A DNA stretch of 63,355 bases, counting the filler, from Conidiobolus incongruus B7586 (taxonomy: Eukaryota): assembly GCA_000697335.1 (NCBI GenBank). It is 18 parts of 18 records of this genome, joined end to end, with 100 filler letters (N's around TTAATTAATTAA, not from the genome) between each part and the next. Parts side by side here need not be neighbours in the genome. Positions count along the whole stretch, not along the records: positions 24,299 to 37,885 come from JNEM01005780.1; positions 37,986 to 41,524 come from JNEM01005781.1; 16 more parts are not named here. One strand, given 5' to 3'. Position 1 is the first letter of the stretch. Each line of letters starts with the position of its first letter. A program made the translations under genes and the position numbers. This document shows, piece by piece, positions 26,648 through 40,084 of this stretch. The notes under the pieces are model-generated. The model was given only the letters and a program-made list of their open reading frames with translations. It did not search any database and had not been told where the DNA came from.

Positions 26648-28084
26648 ATGTTGAAATTAATTTTATTGCAAGCTGGATTAATTTCCGCAAATTTTTTCTT
26701 TGCTAACAGGGATTTCCCTAACGAATTTGCTGATGGTGTCGGCAATTCAACTACCGCCAGCACTGCTGCTCCTGGCACAGTTCAAAACTTATGGTTCAAC
26801 CAATTACTCAATCATGATGATGACGATCACTATCCAACCACCTTCAAACAAAGATATTATGTCAACACTGAATTCTACAAGCCTGGTGGTCCTGCTTTCC
26901 TCTACGTTGGAGGTGAAGGTGCTCTCTCCAATCGCTCTATCTCCAGAGGCATCATCTATGAAATGGCTAAGGAACATAATGGTATCTTATTCGGTTTGGA
27001 ACATCGTTTCTATGGTGAAAGTCAGCCTTTCCCCGAATGGTCTGTTAAGAACTTGAAACATCTTTCCACTTTAAATGGTATCAAGGATGCTGGCCGTTTC
27101 ATTAGAAAGGTTAAGAATCCCTTGACTAACAGACCTTTGACCAACACCAAATGGATCACTGTTGGTGGAAGTTACCCTGGTAGTTTGTCTGCTTGGATCC
27201 GTTCTGAATATCCGGATTTGGTTTTTGCTGCTTTGGCTTCATCTGCTCCCGTATTGGCTAAAGAAGATTTCTTTGAATATGACCAAGTTGTTGGATCCGC
27301 CCTTGGTGCCCAATGCTACAAGGATATTGATTTAGTCAGACAACACATTGATAATTTGTTCGATAATAAGCAGGAATTTGAAGCTATTAAGGCTAAATTT
27401 CAATGCAGCGATGTTAAGGATGATATTCTTTTCTTGTCTGCCGTTTCAGATATGCTTGCCGGCATTATTCAATACAACTCACCTACTCTGAAACCCAATG
27501 TCGAATCTCTTTGCAGTGGCTTCGCCAATCTGACTGACATTCAAGCCAAAGTCAACTATTTCGCCGATCAATTGAATCTCGCTAACAAGAACAATGGACA
27601 AACCTGTGCTGACGTTGCTGCTATCGATAGTATCAAGAATTCTACCGCCAATGCTGAAAGCAACATGCGTCAATGGTTATACCAATGCTGTACTGAATAC
27701 GGCTACTGGCAAACTGCTCCTACCCAAGGACCTTCTACCCGATCCAAGAAATTAACTGCCGAATGGGCCAATAACTTCTACTGCAGTAAAGAAATTTATG
27801 GCAAGAAGATCGGTCCTCCCAAAAATAAATTTATTAATAGACGCTTCAAGGCCTTGAAAAATAAGACTCCTAGAATCATCTGGGTTAACGGCGATGCCGA
27901 TCCCTGGATGGCTCTCTCCATCACCAACACCACTCAATCTACTCCCAATAGACCCATCTACGTCATCAAGAAGGGATCTCATGCTACTGATTTGGGACCT
28001 GACAGACCCACTGATTCTGAATCCTTAACCCAAACCAGAAAGAGTATCCGTGCTGATATTGCTAGATGGTTAAAAAAGCATTAA
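26648..28084 (+). CDS. Secreted serine peptidase, family S28 (prolyl carboxypeptidase/DPP7-like)
   Basis: Signal peptide; WFNQLLNH..TFKQRY, LEHRFYGES, nucleophile GGSYPG, ASSAPV, RQWLYQCCTEYGYWQ, NGDADPW, GSHATDL. Intronless, 478 aa. Confidence 0.95.
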   Translation: MLKLILLQAGLISANFFFANRDFPNEFADGVGNSTTASTAAPGTVQNLWFNQLLNHDDDDHYPTTFKQRYYVNTEFYKPGGPAFLYVGGEGALSNRSISRGIIYEMAKEHNGILFGLEHRFYGESQPFPEWSVKNLKHLSTLNGIKDAGRFIRKVKNPLTNRPLTNTKWITVGGSYPGSLSAWIRSEYPDLVFAALASSAPVLAKEDFFEYDQVVGSALGAQCYKDIDLVRQHIDNLFDNKQEFEAIKAKFQCSDVKDDILFLSAVSDMLAGIIQYNSPTLKPNVESLCSGFANLTDIQAKVNYFADQLNLANKNNGQTCADVAAIDSIKNSTANAESNMRQWLYQCCTEYGYWQTAPTQGPSTRSKKLTAEWANNFYCSKEIYGKKIGPPKNKFINRRFKALKNKTPRIIWVNGDADPWMALSITNTTQSTPNRPIYVIKKGSHATDLGPDRPTDSESLTQTRKSIRADIARWLKKH

Positions 28085-29978
28085 CTATTATCTAAATTAG
28101 TTTAATTATATAAACATTTATTTATTTTTCATCAATTATTATTAAGATGTAGCCATACTAATTGTTATTAACCTAATAATTTAATAATTAATTTTATAAT
28201 AATCCTTAAAAATATATTTATTTTCTTTAATATATAAACTAATATAATATGATATAATTTTATAATATACAAATTACCTTTAAATATTCAAAACGATCGT
28301 CAAATATATATAAAAGATGAATTATAATATATTTAAAATAAATGTAATCATTAAATTGCTTTTATCTCATTTCACAAAAATCAAAAAATTTGACTTTGAT
28401 AAAAATTTTATTTTTCATCATTCACCTATTATTTTGAAATATAACAATTTTAAATTTTATTCTTAGAATTAATAAAAAATGATTTGAATTATATTTTAAT
28501 ATATATACTATTAAGTTCTTAAGTTATGTAAGTTTAGGCCAATATTATAATATATAAAATATTAATAAACTATGACTTAATATATAATAATATTTCAATA
28601 ATATAGAATATATTTTCCTAATTATTGTATTATATTAAAAATATTTCATTAGTTTATATCAAAAACCTTCCAATTTGCATTGATTTTCAATTTTATATAA
28701 AAACTCTAATTTAAATTTATTATTAAATTTAACAAATATAACTGAAAAATATAATTACACATTCCATTATAATTAAAAATTAATAAATTTATATTTTTAA
28801 TTTTTCATATAAATTTAATTATAATTATCAAATTATACAAATAAATTTAATAACTAGATGAAAAATATAATCAGATTTGGGCATCTTAAGTTTTTTAATA
28901 GTGTAATACATATAAATATATTTTTTTTGTTTGAATGATATATTAAATTAAAAGATTTGAAAAAAGACTATATTTAAATAAAGTTATTTTGTGATGTTAT
29001 ATAACAATAATCTTAATATTAGATTTGTTAATTAATGGTTATATCAGACCCATATATATAAACTTATATTAATCATATGAATATTTCAATATAAATTTTT
29101 ATTTTAATTGATAAACACAATCAAAATATTAATATATATTAAAGATGATATAAAAAATGCATAATATTAAATTTAAATCTTTGATAAATATTTAATTCAA
29201 TATTTTTTAAGATATTTTAAAGCTATTATTGCTGGATAAAATACACCTAAAATTAATATATTGATTTTAAATAAGATAGTTTTTTATAACATTAGCAAAT
29301 TTATCTTGGGATAGATATCAGTATTTCTTATAAACTAAAAATTAAGAGTTTTGAAATTAACTTTTTGTCTTCGGATTTTATTAACCATTATATTATAGTT
29401 GAATTTTACTCAAAGTATGATAAATTAATTTGAATTTTATCACCTACTGATCAATATCTATCAATGAAACAGATTGATATATCAAGAAATTTAAATATAA
29501 TAATTGTCTTAAATACGACGACATTTTTAAAGAATAAAATTTTAATCAATTTAGACTTTTATTACATAATATTATTAATCAAAATATATTTTGAATAATC
29601 TACAATAGGCTTAACTGATGTTATTTAATTGTTGATAAATTGTAGTGTAAATAGAATGAAACTATTCTCAGATATGTAAAACTTATTAATATATAGAACA
29701 AAAAGTTAAATGTATCTTGGAATTAATAGATTGTCGAAAAAATCCATTTTACTTTTATTTTAGCAGCCAATAATTCAAGGTCCAGCTAGTCAAGTAGATT
29801 ATTCCGCTATTACTAATTATTACTTTTTAACAGACTGTAAGTTGTAACAAGTAGACATTGAAATTTATGAAATTTAATTAAAAGGATAAAATATATATGA
29901 TTCATAAATAAAAATATAATTTTCAATATTTGAATATTACAAAATTCGTTTGAAACGATTAAAGTAACAATATTAATC

Positions 29979-31350
29979 ATGTTTATTCATTTACCTGACT
30001 ATTTGCATCATTTTCCGCCAGTGTTCACTTTCAAGAACCGACAGATCAATATGCTTAAACTAGAAATGCTTCTCATGATATTTTTCTGACGCCATATTTC
30101 AATCAGTTTCCTGTACATGCCATTTCAAGCTCTCCTTCTTTTAAACAAAGAACCATGCAAATATTCAATTTTACAAACTCGGAAGTCGTGCGTTCATCAA
30201 TATTGAAGGTCAAGGTCCACTGTCTTCTGGCCCTACCTTAGGAAGTTATATGAATGAAGTGGCCAAACAACAAAATAGTATACTATTTGGTTTAGAGCAT
30301 TGCTTCTATGAAAGTCAGCCATTTGATGAATATATAGTCGAGAATCTAAAGCATCTCCCTACTTTAAATGATGTTAAAGATGCTGGAAATTTTATTAATA
30401 TAGCGAATCCATTCGAAAATACCAAATAGATCACGCTCAGTGGTAGTTTTGTTCAAAAAATTTATTTGCTTGAATTCATTCGGAATACCCTCATTCAGTG
30501 TTTATTGGGTATGCTTCATCTGCTACAGTTTTATCTAAAGAAAATTTCTTCGAATATGATCAGGTTATTGGATCAGCTCTTGGACTTCAATGTTACAATG
30601 ATATGGATTCAGTTAGACAGTATATTGATGATTTATATAACAATACTTAAGAATTCCAAGGATTAAAAAAATTTGGATGTAGTGATGTTCAAGATGATCT
30701 GATTTTCTTATCAGAAATTGCAGATATGCTTGCATATACAGTTCAATATAATTCACCATCATCTATCCCTAGTATTAATTCTCATTATTCTTGCTTTTCA
30801 AACCAACCAGATATTCAATCCAAAGTTGAGCATTTTATTAATCAAATGAAACCATTTTTTGTGAATAATGGAGGAGCATGTGTAGATGTTGCAGGACTTG
30901 ATACTCTCAAGAATATCAAGGTCAACAATCGTGATATGATTCGACAGTGGACATATCAATGTTGTACAGAATATGGCTATTGGCAAACTGCTCCTCGTTA
31001 TGGTCTCTCGACTCGTTCAAGAAAATTGACAGTCAATTGGGCTAATGAATTTTACTGCAGTAAAGATATCAATGGCAAAAAAAAATTGAAACTCAATACA
31101 GAATTTACCAACAAACGCTTTAAGGCGTTGGACAAGTATAAGAATTATCTGGGTCAATAGTGATCGTGATCCCTGGGTGGCTCTTTCAATTACCAAAGCT
31201 GCGCAATTTATTCCACACAGACCAATCTATTAGATAAAGAAGCAACCGCATACCACTGACTTACGTTTTTACTAATCATCAGGTTCTGAATCTTTGATTT
31301 AAATCATAAAAAGTATTGATATCGATATTGCTAGATGGCTATATGAATAA
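29979..31350 (+). pseudogene. Decayed tandem paralogue of the S28 peptidase
   Basis: Homologous blocks LEHCFY.ESQP, TK*IT (TGG->TAG), FFEYDQVIGSALG, IRQWTYQCCTEYGYWQ, WVNSDRDPW and DIARWLYE* lie in shifting frames with stops; the GGSY nucleophile motif is altered. Start position approximate. Confidence 0.88.
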
Positions 31351-32194
31351 AACGTACTAAATGACTCGGAATAAATTTGAATAATATATCAATTTGGCAT
31401 TATTACATTAGTTGATTTATTAATATTTAATATATCAATTGTTTTGAACTATGTTCTACTGATATATTCTAATATTATTAGAAGTTATAATATATCAGAT
31501 GCTTTTGAACTTATTTTTAGCGATCTTTAATATAATCTTCTAGTATAATTGTATAGAAATGGAATTTTATTCACTTAATGATCTATAAAATTAGAGAAAT
31601 ATTATTAATACAGTTTACATTATTTTAATTATAGCAAAGTGTAGTATACAAAGTGGATGTTAAGTGAAATATAAACAGGTTAAACTTTATGTAAATCCAA
31701 TTGTAGAGGTTGTTTATATTTAGAGTATTATCAAGATAATCGATTGGATCAGTGGATCAAGTAACATATTGCTTAGATGATATAATAAAAGAATAATAAT
31801 AAAGAGGATGTCATAATGATGAGAGTCTTTAATTATGTGATTGATTAACTGACATCTTCAATTTCATATCTCAAAATTAAGTTCAATTCTTATAACGAAA
31901 ATATGTATCATAAATAATATTATTTATTTGCTCAATAGCGTTTGGTAGTTTAAGATATATTGTGTCTTATTCAATTTTATTATTAATATTACATCCTTTC
32001 AAACTTATTCTATTGATATAATAAACAAAATTGATAAAATAAAATAATCAACAGAAGTTGTGTATTTAATGGAAAAGCACTGATACTAATAATATGTTAA
32101 ATTTATATGAAATAAAAACATGATGAACGTTTATGAAATAAATAATTTAGATGATTATTTATGTATAATGAACAACTTGATAATAGTACAATAT

Positions 32195-32602
32195 TTATGA
32201 GTTAAAGGGAGGAGGAGGGTTTCGCATCATATTTAGAAAATCATCTTCAATATCTTCTAGTTGAATTATAAACTCTTGCGTTTTATCTTTTAATATCTTA
32301 GTCCTTTGTCTGGACAGTGTGGGTGCAGTTTTTTGATAGTCTGTGCACAATTTAGGTAAAGCTGGCTCTGACCTTAAATTCCTCAATTTGCCTATTTCTC
32401 TGGCATAAGATCGGCTTAAAGTGACAAATATTTTTTGATTTTCCGTAGAGGATTCTTCGCCAGTATATTTTGGGTCATTGATAGCGCTATGTTGATTTCT
32501 ATAAGATCTCATTCCATTTAATGTGAAAAAAGTATTAAAAGTATTAGGTAATTTGAATATTTCATCTTTAATTTTTACAGGTAGCTCTTGGATAAAGCTC
32601 AT
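32195..32602 (-). CDS. Hypothetical 135-aa protein (N-terminus weakly F-box-like)
   Basis: Open frame with higher GC than its flanks; TATAAATAG ~50 nt upstream on the minus strand; N-terminal IQELPVKIKDEIF; C-terminal PPPP. Confidence 0.55.
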   Translation of the reverse strand: MSFIQELPVKIKDEIFKLPNTFNTFFTLNGMRSYRNQHSAINDPKYTGEESSTENQKIFVTLSRSYAREIGKLRNLRSEPALPKLCTDYQKTAPTLSRQRTKILKDKTQEFIIQLEDIEDDFLNMMRNPPPPFNS

Positions 32603-33584
32603 AATAATTATAGTACATAAGTGATGAGTGCATCATATTAATCCATTTGCTCTATTTATATTCGAATCAATTACACTAATTAAATAATCTAAAACCTCCT
32701 ATTTACTCAATTAATGATGCATAATCCCATAATCTCAATGTTAGGGATTTTTAATTCCTGAAATGAATGAACCACATCTTTTCAATTCAGCCAATTTGCT
32801 TTTAGTTGCTTATTTAGTTTTTAATTGACTAAATATTTTCCAATATTAAAACAAAGTTAATATTGTGGATTATCAAATTATTTAACAACTCGCTAATATT
32901 TATATATTAATATCATCATATTCTTCAAATATTTAATCAAGCACACTTCATTCACGAAACAAAAAAATTCATACAGTATTTACTGTATGGTTTCAATGAT
33001 CAAATTAACTTTAAAATAGTTTACATACTGAGTAATTTTAATTAATTTAATATCTAATATTTCATTTAACTTCTTATGGTGTAGTATGTTTATATAATTA
33101 TTCGCTAAATTATTACAATTTTGAATAGTTAAAAAACACTGTCAATATTATCATTAAATTATAATTGTCAATTGCTATATTATATATACTATGAGTATTA
33201 TTATGATTAAAGAGTTTTCTCAGATTCAATAAATATACGTTGTACAACAAAATTGTGATATGCACATATATACCACCCTGAATCCAATCATTACTCTTTA
33301 GAATTTATAACTAATAATATGTTGTATTTGATATTTCAATAAATTTTTATTTATTATATGGCTTCATTGGTTGGAATATTATTTTTAATTTTGATAAACT
33401 CAGATATAATAAAACAATCTTAATCAAAGTACAATATTTTCTAAAAATATTGTTAGTTGAAATTTTAACTCTATTCTTCAGATTAAATATAAAGTCAACT
33501 TCAGATTATGACAATTAGTATATTTCCTATATTTAGAAATTCTATCATACCGAAATTTAATCCATAATGAATTCAAATTGTTTT

Positions 33585-33599
33585 AGAACTTTCAAGAAA
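33585..33599. promoter_or_regulatory. Heat-shock element (distal) upstream of YDJ1
   Basis: aGAAc-tTTCa-aGAAa, three perfect alternating nGAAn units. Confidence 0.55.
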
Positions 33600-33971
33600 A
33601 ACAAAGTGGATTTGATGAATACAAGTTGATTTAAATAAATTAATCTCTATTATATTTCAAAATAATATGCTATTAGCTATATATAAAACAAATATTTTAA
33701 TATTTAATTTTTTATCATTTTATTTTTATAATATATAAAAATCTTATGAATTAATTTAAGATTATTACTAATCTATTTCATTTTGCTTGCGCGAATTTAT
33801 TAATACAAAATTATATACAATTTCATAAAAATTTATTTGTATTGTTTTGTTATTTCATGGCTATATTCATCAATAATATATTGCAATTTGATAGGGCAAG
33901 CATAAATTGAAAGGGCTAGTATGATTGGATTAGTAATCATATGCTTTAATGAATGAATCAATTAAAATGGT

Positions 33972-33986
33972 AGAAGATTCCAGAAT
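33972..33986. promoter_or_regulatory. Heat-shock element (proximal) upstream of YDJ1
   Basis: aGAAg-aTTCc-aGAAt, ~190 nt before the ATG, followed by CCAATTGG (~34007) and TATAAAAA (~34090). Confidence 0.75.
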
Positions 33987-34168
33987 GAAAATTAGATGAA
34001 AAAATGCCAATTGGTCATTCAATCAGCTGGGTTAATTACCATACTTGGAAGAGTTTGGAACCCAAATTTTGAGCTGAAATAGTGATTCATATAAAAATGT
34101 CTATTTAATTAATTCACTTTATATTCATTATAAACCAATTAATATTATATCGTTTTTAAAAAATAAAT

Positions 34169-35435
34169 ATGGTTCGTGATACTAAATACTACGATATTCT
34201 TGGGGTCTCTCCTGATTGTTCAGAAAGTGAACTAAAGAAAGCCTACCGTAAATTGGCTTTGAAATATCACCCTGATAAGGTATTTGATCTTAATCAATAT
34301 ATTATTCACTTACATAAATCCTAATCTTTGTTAATAGAACCCTGATGCTGGTGAAAAATTCAAGGAAATCTCTCATGCTTATGAAATTTTATCAGATAGT
34401 CAAAAGAGACAGCTTTATGACCAATATGGTGAAGAAGGTTTGTCGGGTGAAGGTATGGGAGGTGGTATGTCTGCTGAAGATCTCTTCTCTCAAATCTTCG
34501 GTGGAGGTATGTTCGGTGGTCGCTCTCAATCCAGAGGTCCTCGTCGTGGTAAAGATGTAGGTCATACTCTTGCTGTCAGTTTGGAAGATCTTTATAAAGG
34601 TAAAGTTAGTAAATTAGCCTTACAAAAACAAGTTATCTGTAATAGCTGTGAGGGTCGTGGTGGTAAGGAAGGCGCTGTCAAGACTTGTGATACCTGTAAC
34701 GGTCAAGGTATCAAGGTTGTATTGCGTCAAATGGGTCCTATGGTCCAACAAATCCAACAAACTTGTCCCGATTGTCGTGGTGAAGGAGAAATTATTCGCG
34801 AAAAGGACCGTTGTAAGCAATGTCATGGACGTAAGGTCGTTAACGAACGCAAGACCTTACAAGTTTATATCGATAAGGGTATGAAAGATGGTCAAAGAAT
34901 CACCTTCTCTGGTGAAGCCGATCAAGCTCCCGGTATTATTCCTGGAGATGTTGTCATTATTCTTGAGCAAAAAGAACATCCTCGCTTCAAGCGCAAGAAC
35001 GATGATCTCTTCTACGAAGCTAAGATTGATCTCTTAACTGCTCTTGCTGGTGGCCATTTTATCATTGAACACCTTGATGGTCGTATCTTAAATGTCGAAA
35101 TTCTTCCTGGTGAAGTCATCCGTCCCAACGAACTCAAAGTCATTGAGCGCGAAGGTATGCCTTCTCATCGTCACCAAACCCACGGTAACATGTACATCAA
35201 GTTCGACATTGAATTCCCTGCTCCCAACTGGGCTTCTCCTGAACAAATTGCCCAATTGGAACACATCCTCCCTCCCAGACCTCAAATCAACATTCCTCAA
35301 GGCGACCACGTCGAAGAGGTTGTTCTCTCGGCCATGGACCCTGTTCACCATGCTCGCGCTGAAAGAGAATCCCAAAGCCAAGAAGAAGATGACGGTATGC
35401 CTCAAGGTCACGGTGTCCAATGTGCTCAACAATAA
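34169..35435 (+). CDS. YDJ1: Type I Hsp40/DnaJ co-chaperone; exons 34169-34279 and 34338-35435 (402 aa)
   Basis: [12 protein letters not shown]...YHPDK|NPDA J-domain across a 58-nt GT-AG intron; G/F region; four CxxCxGxG-type repeats; C-terminal CaaX CAQQ. Confidence 0.95.
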
Positions 35436-36420
35436 TTCAGTTTCTTTCCCATTTTTTATCATGAATCATTTTATTTTAAAATTATTTGTTCAACACCTCC
35501 ATTTGTATTCCAGCACTTATTCTTACATTAGAGTTAATGGTTTTTAAATTATTGGTTTAATTATAAAAAACCTCTTTAATAATGAATTTATTATATAAAC
35601 ATCTAATATCATTTATATTATCTTACATTGTTTCAATTTTATGTTTTATAACTTTATAAAATGAATATATAATTTGACAAAATATTTTTGAAACAATTGA
35701 TACTATAGAAAACATATTAATTCTTAAATGATAAATATATACATTTCATGGTTCAAAAAATTATGTAAGTTTTTTTTTGAAAATATTAATATGCTTACAT
35801 TTATTTTAATTAAAATTCAGAAAATATCACCTTTACAACATTTTATATTTGATTCCACTATTATATATGTCTATTTAAATATCATCTTGACCATAATAGA
35901 AAATATGAATTGGATGAATATTGATAATGTGTTTAAAATAATTATAAAATAGTCATCTTATCAATATATTTTTTAATTCTAAGACATCAATTTTGTTTTA
36001 TATATAATATAAACAAATAGTGATAATCATTTAAAAAATCACTGTATTTGCTTTATGAAATAAATTGAATATACTGATTTAACTAAAAATCAATATTATA
36101 TTTTCAAGATAGCAATGTTTCAAAAACTATTTTTATTCAAAATCAATTCAATAATAGAGTAATTTTTGAATCTTCAGAGAAAATAATATCTTTTTTAAAT
36201 TAAATGATATTAAAATATAAGGATCGATCATGTTTTACTCTAGACCAATCAACATATAGAACTATATTTTTAAATTATACAACAAAATATATTATTGACT
36301 GATTTCTAGAATATTCGTTGAATAGATTTTAATTTTAAAATGTGGATTTATATAATAAAATCACTTGTTTTATATTGCTTTTTTAAAATATTCAATAGAA
36401 TTTTATAAACAAATATATAC

Positions 36421-36442
36421 ATATATATATATATATATATAT
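36421..36442. repeat. (AT)n microsatellite
   Basis: About 11 perfect AT units. Confidence 0.8.
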
Positions 36443-36596
36443 TATTTGAACTATTCAGTATATTTACATTATCTAAATGGAATGTTAAATTGATATATCC
36501 AAGATAAAAAAATATAATAGTTCAATTGTTGATAATTTTCAATAAAAGTTTATGTTTACAATAATAATTTAAGAAAAGCTAAATATTTCCTAATAT

Positions 36597-37884
<1,288 letters not shown>

Positions 37885-37985
37885 TNNNNNNNNNNNNNNN
37901 NNNNNNNNNNNNNNNNNNNNNNNNNNNNNTTAATTAATTAANNNNNNNNNNNNNNNNNNNNNNNNNNNNNNNNNNNNNNNNNNNN

Positions 37986-38693
37986 ACTCTTATTTAATTA
38001 TATAATGGGATTTTTTTAATTAAGGGTATTTTTTTTAAAATATAAATAATATCTATGTTAATTTATAGTATATATAATAATATTAGTGTTAATTGATATT
38101 TTTATATAATCTTATAATTCTTGTTATATTTTTTTAGTAATATTATACTTACTCATATTAACTAACCTATAAATATACTTCTTATAATATTTATTTATAA
38201 TTTTAACACATTTAAGTTTTAAATAAATGTTTTTTATTATTTTTAATAACTTGAACTATAACAAACTAACTAATATTAATATTTTTAATAATATCACAAG
38301 TTGATTTATTTTTTTATAAAATTAACTAATATATAAGTGAATTTTTTTAAAAAAAAGATTTAAGTATAATAATACTAATAAAAAGAATTTAGTATATTTA
38401 TAGAGTATTATATAAAATAATAATAAAAAGAGAAAAAATATATAGTTTTTTATAATTAAATATATCCTTTTATTTTAAAAACCAACAAATTTATAACTTA
38501 CCTTAATTAAATATTATAGGTTAATATTCTTGTTAATAGTTAATTAAATATATTTAAATATATTTATTTATTATCAAATAATATACTTTAATTATATACT
38601 ATAGTTTCAAGTAATTTGATATATACATTTATTTTAGTTATTAATTAAAATTTATATATTTTTAATTTTATAACTTATTTTTACAGGTTAGTA
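37986..38693 (-). mobile_element. Tc1 relic, subfamily C, 5' half including terminal TIR
   Basis: Matches 23620-24198; inner repeat ~38480-38502; terminal TTTTATAACTTATTTTTACAGGTTAGTA followed by TA. Confidence 0.88.
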
Positions 38694-38695
38694 TA

Positions 38696-38816
38696 TATAT
38701 AATTTAAAACTATTTATTTTCTTATTTGTTTTGTATATATACATTTATTTGAAACTAATAATATATTTGAAAAATCAAAAATTAAAAATTTCCAATTTCT
38801 TTATTTTTATGGTAAT
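38696..38816 (-). mobile_element. 5' terminal fragment of the mariner family
   Basis: Aligns with 10097-10210 (TTCTT(A/G)TTTGTTTTGTA...TTTGAAAAATCAAAAATTAAAAA). Confidence 0.65.
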
Positions 38817-39601
38817 ATCTATTTTAAATTATTAATGTATAATTTTATAGTTATGAAAAAATTAATATCAATTATTAACATTTAATATATTTAAGTTATA
38901 GAATTTTTTTTATATTTTATTCAATAAGTATTAATATAATGCAAGAAAATCATCTAAATCCTAGACACAATACAATAGTTATTGAAAAAAGTATATCATA
39001 TTGATTTAAACTGAAAATAATTATAAAGTACTTTTAGTTAATATAAAATATTATGATAAAAATTTTTGAAATACATGTAATTTTGAGTCTTTAAACTAAA
39101 TATTAATATAAAATTAAAATTTGATCAATTGAAAATGTTAAAAAATGAAAAAAAATTTTTTCATACTTATACTATCATTATAAGTACATTGAAAAAGAGA
39201 ATATGCTCAAAATACTAATTTGAATAACAGTGATTAATAATTTCGGAAAGCTTATAATTCGAATTCAAGTTTGAACTTGACAATATTAAATTATTCTCTT
39301 TGCCGTCTGCATATTTTTCTGTTGAAGATAAATTAATTAGTTTGAATATAATGTAATATTAAATATTGAAATATATTGGAAAACTCGTAGAAATCTTGTA
39401 ATTATCTTCTTCAACAGTTTATCTTAATTATTATTTATAAATTTACTACTATCAGTTGTACAAATCGTGTTCATCAATATTTTATAAATAAACTTGATCA
39501 TTAAGTTAGCTCAATTGATAGGTTAAATTTATTTAACAATTTGCATAAATATAACGCCAAATGATCATTAAAAATTGATGAGAAATATACAAGTGATAAT
39601 A

Positions 39602-39660
39602 TTCAGCCTAAGGGCGTGTATTCCAAATTGATTGGAGGTTTAACCGCCTTAGGGTATTCC
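39602..39660 (+). promoter_or_regulatory. Conserved upstream block of small secreted protein gene 1
   Basis: TTCAGCCTAAGGGCGTG...ATTGATTGGAGGTT...GCCTTAGGGTATTC; recurs at 41213-41270 at the same ~190-nt distance from the paralogue's ATG. Confidence 0.6.
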
Positions 39661-39793
39661 TTTGAAGACAATTTAAGGATATGCATCATTTATTGCATAT
39701 ACTGAATGAAAAATAGATATAAATACCTTTTCATTGTTCCTTAATTGGTCATCAAAATAACAATTAATTATATTAAAATATTGTTGACTTAAA

Positions 39794-40084
39794 ATGAAGT
39801 ATTTTACTGCCTTAATCACTCTTGTCAGTCTTATTGCTGCTAATCCTCACCAAGGTCCTCACGATGCCCAAGGTAACCACTTAGATGCTCAAGGAAACAT
39901 CATCACCTTTGCCGATGGAACTAAACCTTCTTCTCCAATTCCCGCTCAAAATAATAATAACTTATCCAGCGGATTTATTCAAGAATTAATGAAATTTGCT
40001 AACAACCAACAACAACCTGCTCATCCTGCCAATCAACCTTGTGATCACCCTCATCAACAACAACCAGCATATAATCAATTTTAA
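39794..40084 (+). CDS. Small secreted His/Gln/Asn/Pro-rich protein with tandem DAQGN repeats
   Basis: MKYFTALITLVSLIAA signal peptide; codon usage like the housekeeping genes; TATAAATA at ~39718; paralogue at 41406. Confidence 0.85.
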   Translation: MKYFTALITLVSLIAANPHQGPHDAQGNHLDAQGNIITFADGTKPSSPIPAQNNNNLSSGFIQELMKFANNQQQPAHPANQPCDHPHQQQPAYNQF

